From a virus (taxonomy: Duplodnaviria > Caudoviricetes), in IMG/VR virus record IMGVR_UViG_3300028586_000432, positions 1 to 25,119 of that record: DNA of 25,119 nt. The stretch is one strand, 5' to 3'. Below are positions 14,994-23,564 of this stretch, piece by piece; the first letter of the stretch is position 1, and each line of letters opens with the position of its first letter. Below the pieces are notes generated by a model. That model was given only the letters and a program-made list of their open reading frames with translations, searched no databases and was not told where the DNA came from. The position numbers and the translations under genes are program-made.

Positions 14994-17900
14994 AGTGTCT
15001 CCGGCGCACCCCGCCCCCGTGCACGGCGCGGGCGCGAAAGGCGTATTTACCGGGGGCGGGCTGATACAGTGCGTGCGTGAGTCGCGCCCCGGCTGGCAGG
15101 TCAGGCAGCCCGGTCGAGCCAATCTCAATCAGGGAGACTTCCGACTTCGCTGCCCGCGTGTCCCACGAGCTAGCACCCACCAAGAAGCGGCGGCTAGGCG
15201 CGTCATTGACAGAATCCACACTGTCAAGCAGCAAGGGTGGGCCAGTGTGGTCGTGGCGAATGGTGCCTGGCACGAGCCACGCATTATTGGCCCGCAGCGC
15301 CATCCCGTCGAGCACGTTCGCCTCAAAGAGGGGGCTGGCCGCCTTATCAATACTGCGCGCCCAACTCGTCGTTTGCGTACCATCAAGCAGCCCCACGCCT
15401 TTGCCAAAGGCGAGTAGGTTGCCCGCAAACAGGCCGGCCGACAGTGGTACGTCAGGGTGGTAAACTGACAGCGGCTCAGTGGGGCGTACGGTGCCGCCGG
15501 GGCCATCGGCCCGAAAGTTGTCCTCGCCGTCCCAAGTGGCATTCTGCGGGCGCAATTGCACCCCGATGGTGGTAAGTAGGAGCTGGCCGGTAGCGGTGTC
15601 CACGGGCTGCACGGGCGCCCACTCGGTGGCCGGCAGGAAGATAGCCGGGGGTTGGAACGGCGGGTAGGCGCTTTGGTCCCGGCGGGCCACGAACAGGTTT
15701 TGCCCCTGCGCGTAGTAGTCACGCACCACATCTCCCTTTTTGTAGGCTGAAAACGGGCTGTAGGTGGGCGCGTCTCGAAACAGGTTGGTGTCGGCGGCCA
15801 GCCAGCTGTACACCCGCAAGGTTGCCGTTTGCGAGCCGGAGGGCAGGGCCGCCAGGGGTACTTCAAAGGTATTATCCTTCCCATCCGCCGCTAGCTTAAG
15901 CGTCGCCAGCTGCACGCCCAGGCTGTGGCCATCCACTAAGATTTCGTAGGGCAGCGTAGCTACGGCGGCGGTCGTGGGCGAGGCTACGGTATTGCTATCG
16001 TAGTCAAGGTACGTTTCCGTTGGCGCTACCCGGCCGGTAAAGCTCAGGAAAGCGGGGGTGGCTTCCAACCCACCCACCAGCGGCAGGGCCGGGCTGAGCA
16101 GGTAACGGTCATCGCGCAGGCTTAACGCCAAGCTACGGGGCCACAGGGTCGAATGGTCTTTGCCTTTTTCGCCCGTGCGTTGCAGCACCAGCGGGAAAGA
16201 GCCACCGGCGGGCGGCGCCCAGCCGTTGGCGCCGCGCAGTTGACTGAAGTCACTTAGCCAAGCTGCTACGTCGTGAAACACCTCCCCCTGCCAGAACGAA
16301 TTTTTAAGCCAGCCGGCATCCGTGGTTCCCGTTAGCGACTTCCAGCCCGGGCGCACCTGCTTGGTCTGGCTATCCTCCAGCCAGTGCCACCGATTTTTAC
16401 CCGGCGAAAGGATGGAGGCAGTGGGGGATAATGCCGTTGTGTCCCCGGCCGGCGTCCCCGCTGGAAGGTAAGCCCGGCCGGGGGCGTCAAAAGCAGCTTC
16501 CAGGGCGCTACGCACCTGCCAGGTGCCCTGCCGCTGCACCAGCGTACCCCCTAGTACTTGAGCCAGCGCGTCCACGACGGTACGCTGGTCGGTGGGCTCC
16601 TCTTTTTCTTCGTCGTAGTAGCCCGTGCGGTTGGTGGTGGCTAGTTCTTCCGGCGCATCCATCGTGGCCATTGCGGAATCGCGCCGGTTCGTGTAAATCT
16701 GCACCGGCAAGGACACTTGGCACCGGCTCAGGCAGTGCAGCAGCGTGTGCAGAATCGGGCGATGGCCGCCGAGGCGCTGGTCCTTGTGGCCAAGCATATC
16801 CACGTTCTTCAGGTCAGACAAGCCATCCGTTGCGGTCAGGGATACCGGCTGCAACCCATCGAGCAACGGCGCGGTGTAGATGTCCGGCTTGATGTAGCCG
16901 CGGAAGTAAAGCTTGCCTTGGTAGAAGTAGTCGCAGCGACAACTCAGGGGCGCGCCCGTGACAACGTCCTCGAACAAATCAATATCGGCCAAAAAGTTTA
17001 GCTCGGCCGACGTACCCACGACCGAAGGCACGTCACCCTGCCCGCCAAGCGCACTTTGCAGGCCATCCGACTTGAGAACCACCGGCTGCCCCGTGCCGCA
17101 AATGGGAGTAGCAGTCCCGTCGAAGTCGCGCCGCCACAAAGCCACGCGGTGCGGGATGCTGTCAAGGTCGTCGTAATCAAGGTATTTCCAAAGACGATAG
17201 CGGTCGGCGAGTACGAACGACACCGTGAGCGCCCCGCCGGCCGCATCGGTTACGCTTGCCTCGTACGCCCCGGCTGGCAAGCCATCGAAGCGCCCCGTGG
17301 CGTTGCTACTGGCGGCGACCGGGCCGGTCAGCGTAAAGGCCAGGGCCCCGATACCTCCCTGCACTTCTACCAAAACCCCGCCGTTGCGCTCGGCAGTGGT
17401 ATCGGGGTTAAATAAAATAAGGTTGTCCAGCGCTAAGCTGCTGGTGGTTGCCGTGCTGGTGTCAACCAAGTAGACGCCGCCCTGCCCATTGCTGTACACT
17501 TGCCGCCAGGTCTTGCCGCCACTGCCTGGCAGCAGGTACGCATCAACCAGGGTGGCGTAGGGCGACTGGAATACGCCAAGATTGCGACCGGTGGGCAAGG
17601 TGAACACCGCCAGCAGGTTGTAGACCCAAAACAGGCGCAAGGTGCCGTTCAGCCCGCCTAGGCTGCGGTTTTGCAGCGGGAAGCTGCGGGCAGTCGATTC
17701 GTCACCGTCCGTAATTTGCAGCAGCTGCGTGCGGAAGTCCCCCGTGGCATCGGTGACTTTTAAAAAGTACTCCCCCGCCTTCAGGTTGTAAAAGCGAACG
17801 GGGTACACCTCTAGCTGCGAAACGGCCGTTTGGTGGTAGCCAGTAGCCGCGCCCGCCTGCCCCGTGACTTCGAGCCGATATGGGGGTACGCCGTACTGCC

Positions 17901-18249
17901 CCGTTAAGTCAAAGCAGGCATCGGCGCGCCCGCTCCCCGTGGTGTTGCTGGCCGTGGGCAGCGCCTTTAAAGCTAAAGGGGTGCCAATGGTGCCGCTGGG
18001 ACCCGCTATGTTTTGAGTGTAGACGCTGCCGTTGCCCCCGTAGCGCACCAAGCGGGTAGCCCCCGGCTTGTATTCATAACGAAAGACTTCATCGCCCTTG
18101 GTTAGCTCGAAAGGGTTGTTCTGCTGGCTGTCGGTCTGGGTGCTGTAGGGCTTGCGGGCGGTCGTATCGAAAAAATCCTCAGTGGCTACGAAGGGTGCTC
18201 CTGCCCCTGTGTTGTTGCGGATAATGGTGCGGCGCAGCAGAACATACAT
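14992..18249 (-). CDS. Large baseplate hub/Tal-like tail protein with N-terminal SprB-like repeats (1085 aa)
   Basis: First co-oriented gene after tape measure. YFRGYIKPDIYTAP...VSLTATDGLSDLK hub-type motif; two GxxPY/F...FxxLxAGxYxxxVTDAxG repeats; a CBM5/12-like YSPFSAYKKGDVV segment. Confidence 0.8.
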   Translation of the reverse strand: MYVLLRRTIIRNNTGAGAPFVATEDFFDTTARKPYSTQTDSQQNNPFELTKGDEVFRYEYKPGATRLVRYGGNGSVYTQNIAGPSGTIGTPLALKALPTASNTTGSGRADACFDLTGQYGVPPYRLEVTGQAGAATGYHQTAVSQLEVYPVRFYNLKAGEYFLKVTDATGDFRTQLLQITDGDESTARSFPLQNRSLGGLNGTLRLFWVYNLLAVFTLPTGRNLGVFQSPYATLVDAYLLPGSGGKTWRQVYSNGQGGVYLVDTSTATTSSLALDNLILFNPDTTAERNGGVLVEVQGGIGALAFTLTGPVAASSNATGRFDGLPAGAYEASVTDAAGGALTVSFVLADRYRLWKYLDYDDLDSIPHRVALWRRDFDGTATPICGTGQPVVLKSDGLQSALGGQGDVPSVVGTSAELNFLADIDLFEDVVTGAPLSCRCDYFYQGKLYFRGYIKPDIYTAPLLDGLQPVSLTATDGLSDLKNVDMLGHKDQRLGGHRPILHTLLHCLSRCQVSLPVQIYTNRRDSAMATMDAPEELATTNRTGYYDEEKEEPTDQRTVVDALAQVLGGTLVQRQGTWQVRSALEAAFDAPGRAYLPAGTPAGDTTALSPTASILSPGKNRWHWLEDSQTKQVRPGWKSLTGTTDAGWLKNSFWQGEVFHDVAAWLSDFSQLRGANGWAPPAGGSFPLVLQRTGEKGKDHSTLWPRSLALSLRDDRYLLSPALPLVGGLEATPAFLSFTGRVAPTETYLDYDSNTVASPTTAAVATLPYEILVDGHSLGVQLATLKLAADGKDNTFEVPLAALPSGSQTATLRVYSWLAADTNLFRDAPTYSPFSAYKKGDVVRDYYAQGQNLFVARRDQSAYPPFQPPAIFLPATEWAPVQPVDTATGQLLLTTIGVQLRPQNATWDGEDNFRADGPGGTVRPTEPLSVYHPDVPLSAGLFAGNLLAFGKGVGLLDGTQTTSWARSIDKAASPLFEANVLDGMALRANNAWLVPGTIRHDHTGPPLLLDSVDSVNDAPSRRFLVGASSWDTRAAKSEVSLIEIGSTGLPDLPAGARLTHALYQPAPGKYAFRARAVHGGGVRRRH

Positions 18250-18297
18250 GGCACGAAGGTCCAATTCGCGGGCGCGGGCGGGCGGGGGCGCTAGGGT

Positions 18298-18319
18298 TTA
18301 CCCGTTGACAACCCCCGTT
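18298..18319 (-). promoter_or_regulatory. 22-bp repeat copy 2, candidate late-promoter/activator site
   Basis: Identical to 14972-14993; 48 nt upstream of ATG 18249. Confidence 0.65.
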
Positions 18320-18337
18320 GCGCTGTACATTCGATTT

Positions 18338-18802
18338 ATGAAAGCCCTTCTCTTTGCTGTTGGCCTAGCTCTGGCTAGCGCTCCTGCGTTTGCTCAGTCT
18401 AGGCCGGAAGCTGCTTCGTTTCCACTAAAGCAAGCTAATGTGGTTGTTGTGCGCACGCCAGACAGCCTAAAGGTGGCCCTTAGCAAGCTATCCCGTTCTC
18501 TTCTTTCGGCTGGCTACGGCATAGATAAAAGCGACAAACAGGCGGGCTTTCTGGTTACTACGCCCCGTGCCACCAAAGACAAGAAGGCAGTGTATGTGCG
18601 CCTGCGCTTCGCCTTGTTGCCTGAGCAGGGAGCGACTGCTATCGAGCTTCGAGGTGACTACAGCGTAAGCGGGCTCTTGGGAGAAACACCCATCAGCAAC
18701 AAGGGCCAATCGGGTAGTGCTATTGCTGCGGCGTGGGGCGAAATGCAGCGGGCAGCCAGTCTTTACCCCGAAGGTATTGTAGCTTACCGCCGCCAGCCCT
18801 AG
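18338..18802 (+). CDS. Moron: secreted/periplasmic hypothetical protein (154 aa)
   Basis: Signal peptide MKALLFAVGLALASAPAFA-Q; own TACATTCG box 4 nt before the ATG; antisense to the tail operon. Confidence 0.8.
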   Translation: MKALLFAVGLALASAPAFAQSRPEAASFPLKQANVVVVRTPDSLKVALSKLSRSLLSAGYGIDKSDKQAGFLVTTPRATKDKKAVYVRLRFALLPEQGATAIELRGDYSVSGLLGETPISNKGQSGSAIAAAWGEMQRAASLYPEGIVAYRRQP

Positions 18803-21399
18803 CCCGTACGCGAGACTCGGTAATCCTCACTCTTACCGATGGCTACTAGGTCTTTACCTCGCAGCACGAATTCAGCCACTACCTTAATCGGCTGCTGCTG
18901 GGTGGCGGCAGCTGATGAAGTCTTGAAGTTCGAGGCGGGCGCAGACGAAAGCGAAGTGCCGCCGCCACCTTTGCCGATATTGGAGGCAATACTTTTGACA
19001 GCTGAGCCGAGGGCCACTAATGCGATACCCCCGGCAATCGCAACTATCGGGTTAAGCGTCTCAAGCGCAGCTTTGATGCCAGCGACCGCAATGCCTACAC
19101 CAATGGCTAACTCGCCGACTTGGATAGCTAGCCCGCCAAGGGCGCCAAGGACAAGGGAAGGCAGTGCTTCTAGGCCACTAGCGCCACTGAGTATCTGACC
19201 TACTGCCTCACCAAACCCAACGGCAATATTTGTAAATCCTTGGCCTAGGACATCATTTATGTTGTCGCTGAACATCTCGCCGGCAAGCTGGAACTGAGCC
19301 AACTGCGCGGTGGCACCGTCGTTAACGCTGATTAGCGAGTCTTGCAACTTGCCGCCGCCAGCAAGTACGCCCTGCGCAGCGCGGTCAAATACGCCCGCAT
19401 AGTCTGGCTCCAGCAGTTCAGGTAGCGCTAGCTGGTCGGGCAGCTTTAGCTCAAAGGCAGGCGTGTCGTTGATTTTCTCTAGCCCCTTGGCGACTCGGCC
19501 GCTTATCTGGTCAACTGCCGTGGGTAAGGAGTTGAGGTCTTTTACCAGCCCTTTTATCGTGGCGCTAAGCGGAGACAGCCCGGCTGATATAAGGCCCGTG
19601 ATGCCGCTTTGAAGCGCCGAGCGCCGAGCGCCAATGTAATCAAACGCGTCACCCAGGGCCTGCGATTGCCCGGCCGCCGTGCGCAATCCTTTTTGCAGCG
19701 ACTCGTACGCCTTGGCAATTTCGCTGGCGCTTCCTTTTGACGTGCCTTCTAAATCGGCAATCTTCTTTTGAAGCGCCTCAATCTGCGAGGTGTCAACCCG
19801 AATGGCACCAATCGTTGTTTCCTTTTCCCGCTGCTCCTGAAGTGCTTTTAACTGCTCCTTGAGCTTTTGCAGAACGCCGGCTTGCTCGCCGACTTTCACT
19901 ATTTCGTCGCTGAAATAATCAACGGCGTCCCCAGCGCCCTTAGCGGCCGGAAGAATCCCCTTGAAAAAGTCAGCAAACGAAGCGCTTTTAGTCTGACCCA
20001 GCCCCAGCAGCTCACGAAAGGGCTCCGCAACACTACGCGCCGTTGCCGCCCCATCAGCAAGTGCTTGCTGAAAGTCACCCCGGAATAAGTCGGTAACTAT
20101 GCGAATGTTGCCAGCGAATAACTGAAGCGAAGAAGATATACCTGCTACGGCGCCGGCTAATACGCCCCCGCTAAGGGTTAGCGCAAACTTGCCAACGCTG
20201 GCAATGGCTTGCCCGATAGGCCCGGCCACAAAGGCACCTATAGCAGTTGAGGCGGCTTCAAAGGCATCGGCAATAGATTTGCCCAGCCCACTGAAAACGT
20301 CGCCCGCGGGCCCCTTGAAATAACTAACTACGCTATCCCAATTTTCGTAGATAAGCAAGGCCGCCGCCGCTACGGCCGCTACGCCAATGCCAATAGGGCC
20401 GAGCGCCGCAGTCGAGGCAATGCCCAGCGCCTCAAAGCCCGCAATCACGGCTGGAATAGCCGCTACCACGCTACCTAGCGCGAAGACAACGGGACCTGCC
20501 GCCGCCGCTACGGCCGCAAAAACGATAATCCCGCTCTTAACCCCTGGCGATAGTTTCTGAAAGGCATTAGCGGCATCCTGCACGAAGCTGGAAACTTGCT
20601 TGATGACTTCCTTTAAATTGAGTTCTTTCGCAATGTCGGCTCCTAACCCACCGAGCGCTTGGCCGATGTTGTCGGTTAGCGTCGAGAACAAGCCGGGTAG
20701 CGTTGCACTCTGCGCAGCCATGAGCCCGCCGAACTTGCCGCCCTCCTTGGTGAGGTCTGCAAAGGCCGTTTGTAGGTTGCCGAAGTTAACCTTGCCCGAC
20801 TCGACCAGCTTGCGTACCGCGTCGTCAGTGACGTTAAACTGCTTGGCGAGCTCCTGAATGATAGGAATGCCCCGGCCGGTCAACTGGTTGATATCCTCCT
20901 GAAACAGGCGGCCCTGCACCCGCGCCTTGCCAAACAGGTCCGCAATCTCCCCGATGGGGGCCCCGATGCCGGCCGAAATGTCGCCGAGCTGGCGCAGGGT
21001 TTCTTTGAGGTCTTTGGCGGGGGTATTGAACGCCAGCAGTTTCTTAGCCGCTTCTTGAATCTCAGGAAACTCAAAGGGCGTATCGGCTGCGAAAGCCTTG
21101 AGGTCGCTTAGGGTTTGGTTGGCCGCTTCCGCACTGCCGAGCATGGTCGTAAACGCGACCTTGGCCACTTCCAGGTCGCCGGCCATCTTCAGCGCCGCGC
21201 CACCGACTAAGGTTAGCGGCACCGTGACGCCCGCCGTTAAGGCACTCCCAGCGCCTTTCAGCGCACTACCTAGTCGAGCGCTTGCTGATTCTGCGGTAGA
21301 GGCGAGCCGGCTCAAGCCTGTCTCTGCCTGCGCAATGCCAGTAGAGAGCCCCGAAATGTCGGCGCCGATAAGTACTTGCAGGCTTTCGAGGGTGGCCAT
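18799..21399 (-). CDS. Tail tape measure protein (866 aa)
   Basis: LQVLIGADISGL start; AFTTMLGSAEAA...FAADTPFEFPEI...EDINQLTGRGIPI tape-measure domain; Ala/Gly-rich helical body; follows the chaperones. Confidence 0.95.
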   Translation of the reverse strand: MATLESLQVLIGADISGLSTGIAQAETGLSRLASTAESASARLGSALKGAGSALTAGVTVPLTLVGGAALKMAGDLEVAKVAFTTMLGSAEAANQTLSDLKAFAADTPFEFPEIQEAAKKLLAFNTPAKDLKETLRQLGDISAGIGAPIGEIADLFGKARVQGRLFQEDINQLTGRGIPIIQELAKQFNVTDDAVRKLVESGKVNFGNLQTAFADLTKEGGKFGGLMAAQSATLPGLFSTLTDNIGQALGGLGADIAKELNLKEVIKQVSSFVQDAANAFQKLSPGVKSGIIVFAAVAAAAGPVVFALGSVVAAIPAVIAGFEALGIASTAALGPIGIGVAAVAAAALLIYENWDSVVSYFKGPAGDVFSGLGKSIADAFEAASTAIGAFVAGPIGQAIASVGKFALTLSGGVLAGAVAGISSSLQLFAGNIRIVTDLFRGDFQQALADGAATARSVAEPFRELLGLGQTKSASFADFFKGILPAAKGAGDAVDYFSDEIVKVGEQAGVLQKLKEQLKALQEQREKETTIGAIRVDTSQIEALQKKIADLEGTSKGSASEIAKAYESLQKGLRTAAGQSQALGDAFDYIGARRSALQSGITGLISAGLSPLSATIKGLVKDLNSLPTAVDQISGRVAKGLEKINDTPAFELKLPDQLALPELLEPDYAGVFDRAAQGVLAGGGKLQDSLISVNDGATAQLAQFQLAGEMFSDNINDVLGQGFTNIAVGFGEAVGQILSGASGLEALPSLVLGALGGLAIQVGELAIGVGIAVAGIKAALETLNPIVAIAGGIALVALGSAVKSIASNIGKGGGGTSLSSAPASNFKTSSAAATQQQPIKVVAEFVLRGKDLVAIGKSEDYRVSRTG

Positions 21400-21400
21400 G

Positions 21401-21787
21401 TTATGCTTCTAGGAGGTCTCCAAATCTTTCTTTCATGCGCGCCTGCCAGCTAGCGCGCTCGGGGGTGGCCGCTACGGGGGCAGGGCGGTCAATACTTGGC
21501 AGGGGTAGATAAGCTGATTCCGCTAGCCGGTCCTTGGCTTCTACCGCCAGGTTATAGGCTTGCGCGGCAACCATCCGAAACCCCACCAGGTCTTTCTGCC
21601 GGCGCACGTCCTGGCCGGCGTAGAGGCTATCTAGTTCGTCCCAGGTGAGCTGGCGCAGGCGCACGGGGGGCAGCAGCAATTCCCCTAGCACGAAGTCGGC
21701 AATCTCCCCCCAGCTTAGCTGTTCTTGCGGGGCTTGGGTGTCTTGGGCCCCGCTGCCGCTGTGGGGGTTGGGGCCGCTGCGTTTTTT
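21401..21787 (-). CDS. Tail assembly chaperone frameshift extension (gpGT-like C-terminal part)
   Basis: The -1 frame is open from the slippery site to 21401 (…EQLSWGEIADFVLGELLLPPVRLRQLTWDELD…). Confidence 0.8.
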   Translation of the reverse strand, partial: KKRSGPNPHSGSGAQDTQAPQEQLSWGEIADFVLGELLLPPVRLRQLTWDELDSLYAGQDVRRQKDLVGFRMVAAQAYNLAVEAKDRLAESAYLPLPSIDRPAPVAATPERASWQARMKERFGDLLEA

Positions 21788-22179
21788 GAGCGCTCCTGCT
21801 GGCGTTCGTAGCGTACTTGGAACTGCCGAATCAATTCGCGCATGGGTTTGGCAGCTTCTAGTTCGTCGGCTTCATCAAGCCAGTACCCGACCTGCGCGGG
21901 CGTGAAATCCAGGGGTAGCCCGTCGATTTCAGCCCCCGACGCAAGGGCGGAATACACGAAGTCGCGTAGGTCGCCAATGCTGAACGAGAGCGTGCGTAGC
22001 GCGTCGAGCCCGAATAGCGCCCCGTAGGCTTGCAGCGACATGGGGCGCCCCTCGGCATCGCGCCGCTCGGGCAGCCGGCAGAAGATTTCACCTTGGTTGG
22101 TTCCAATATGGAACGGCCGAGCCGTGTCTAGCTCGACCGTTCCATAGCCGTTAGGTTTCGTAGGGTGTACGATTTCCAT
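21715..22179 (-). CDS. Tail assembly chaperone (gpG-like), copy A
   Basis: Between tail tube and tape measure; has a slippery site near its 3' end. Confidence 0.85.
   Translation of the reverse strand: MEIVHPTKPNGYGTVELDTARPFHIGTNQGEIFCRLPERRDAEGRPMSLQAYGALFGLDALRTLSFSIGDLRDFVYSALASGAEIDGLPLDFTPAQVGYWLDEADELEAAKPMRELIRQFQVRYERQQERSKNAAAPTPTAAAGPKTPKPRKNS
21781..21787 (-). other. Programmed -1 ribosomal frameshift site A AAA AAC
   Basis: X XXY YYZ heptamer in the correct phase (tca aaa aac = S-K-N). Confidence 0.8.
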
Positions 22180-22185
22180 GCTGGA

Positions 22186-22608
22186 TTAATTAACGCTGGC
22201 AACTAGTGGGCCCGTACCTAAAAACGACACGGTGAACGTGGCCGCCCCATCCAACGGGCTGGTGGCCTTGGTGCTGGTGATGATGGCAGTACCCGTGTAT
22301 TTGGTATCGCCCACGATGGAGGTGCCAAATACAATATCCACCACCGTGCGCGCCAATTGCAGCGCGGTCAGGTCGGAATAGGTTTTGTTGCCCGCCTTGT
22401 CCGTGCCGGTCGCCACGCGCTGAATGCCAGAGGCATCGGCGTTCCAGGAGTGCTGGGCAGCAACTGATTCCGCCCACCCGCCACTTGCACGGCAGGCAGC
22501 CGTACTAGTTGCTGTGTCGATTGACATATTGATAGTGTCAGCGCACCCAATAGGCGTGCCCTCTACACTTATAATTAAGTCGATTCCAGAAATGGTCTGA
22601 ACTGCCAT
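22186..22608 (-). CDS. Major tail tube protein, copy A (TP901-1/Phage_tail_2-like)
   Basis: ISGIDLII...IGCA...GGWAESVAAQHSWNADASG...YTGTAIITS...ATFTVSFLGTGPL. Confidence 0.9.
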   Translation of the reverse strand: MAVQTISGIDLIISVEGTPIGCADTINMSIDTATSTAACRASGGWAESVAAQHSWNADASGIQRVATGTDKAGNKTYSDLTALQLARTVVDIVFGTSIVGDTKYTGTAIITSTKATSPLDGAATFTVSFLGTGPLVASVN

Positions 22609-22648
22609 GATAATGAAGTACTAAGAGGTGAATGAATGGGCGGCTTAC

Positions 22649-23017
22649 TTACTGGGCAATTCGTTTCGCGGGACGCGGCTTGGGCGGGGGCGTTACTGCT
22701 TCCCACAAAGGCTGGGCTGCTGCTGGTGTCTCAGTCAGCCACCGACCGACTTGCAGCAGGGTAAAGTCTATCCGCAGCCCTTGCTTCGTGTACCCCGCCA
22801 CAAGGGCTGAGTACACGAAGTCACGGGCGTCGTTCCCTGCCAGAGGGAAGGCATCGGGGCCAAAGGACTTGTGAAAGCCAGCGGCGCCAAGCGGCTGGCC
22901 GGTCTCTTCCTTGCGGTGGTGCAAGGCGCGGGTGGCGGCTTCTAGGGCCTCGCCGGTGGCAAAGGGCCGGTCCTGCCCGCCTAATTGCAGCGAGCCGACA
23001 ATCTGCTTGGCGCTCAT
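22649..23017 (-). CDS. Tail assembly chaperone paralog, copy B
   Basis: Shares RPF, RDFVYSAL and G(L)xxDFTxxQVGxWLxE with 21715..22179. Confidence 0.8.
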   Translation of the reverse strand: MSAKQIVGSLQLGGQDRPFATGEALEAATRALHHRKEETGQPLGAAGFHKSFGPDAFPLAGNDARDFVYSALVAGYTKQGLRIDFTLLQVGRWLTETPAAAQPLWEAVTPPPKPRPAKRIAQ

Positions 23018-23019
23018 GC

Positions 23020-23529
23020 CTAGGGGTTGGTCACAAACGTCAGCGGCCCTGTGCCACTCACCTGCATGGTGAAGGTTACGGAAGGCTTGTCTGGGTTAAT
23101 GCTAGACACTTGCTTGAGGCTGGTAATTAAAGCCATGCCTACACGCTTCTTCTGGCCGGGGCTGTTTGTGCCAAACGCCACCTTCACCGGCTGCCCAGCA
23201 TCTTTCATTACTACTAGTTCGTCATAGACGAGGTTCGTAGTATCATTGCCACCCTGCTCGACGCGGACAATGCCATCCATCTCAGCCTTCCAATAATTTG
23301 CGCCAGCCACAAGGCTAGCCCACGAACCAGCAGCAGAAGTTCCGCCAGCTGCTGCGGCCGCAGCTTGCGCAGCGGCTATATCAGCTCGGCATAAGGCTAC
23401 GGCCGTGCTGGCCTGTGCGGGGTCGGCAGTTAGGGTGCCTTCTTCCCAGCGAATGTCTTGAGCACATCCAACCTGAATATCTTGGATAAGTATATTCGTG
23501 GCTAGGCTTGAAACGTTTACAATTGGCAT
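23020..23529 (-). CDS. Tail tube protein paralog, copy B
   Basis: Shares GCA, GxWAxxVA, WxAxxxGIxRV, Y.xL, FGT, A(L/I)ITS and TFTxxxxGTGPL with 22186..22608; has an Ala-rich insertion. Confidence 0.85.
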   Translation of the reverse strand: MPIVNVSSLATNILIQDIQVGCAQDIRWEEGTLTADPAQASTAVALCRADIAAAQAAAAAAGGTSAAGSWASLVAGANYWKAEMDGIVRVEQGGNDTTNLVYDELVVMKDAGQPVKVAFGTNSPGQKKRVGMALITSLKQVSSINPDKPSVTFTMQVSGTGPLTFVTNP

Positions 23530-23564
23530 ATAAGTAAGCAGTTAAGAAAGTGAAATGTGAGAAA

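Noticed and set aside
7914-18249. Diversity-generating retroelement or shufflon acting on fibre genes
   Set aside because: No reverse transcriptase or invertase nearby, and no TR/VR-like ~100-bp repeat pair or inverted cassettes noticed by eye.
14972-18319. 22-bp repeats as CRISPR repeats or IS target duplication
   Set aside because: Only two copies 3.3 kb apart, no spacers or cas genes, and the enclosed gene is structural with no transposase.
18305-18331. TTGACA...TACATT as an E. coli-type sigma70 promoter
   Set aside because: Spacer is 15 nt, and the host context uses -7 TAnnTTTG-type promoters; TTGACA is part of the 22-bp repeat.
12020-18337. Longest-ORF starts at 12140, 14944, 18264 and 18152 (also 136, 5691, 6754)
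   Set aside because: Downstream ATGs fit better with promoter boxes, signal peptides or stop/start coupling.
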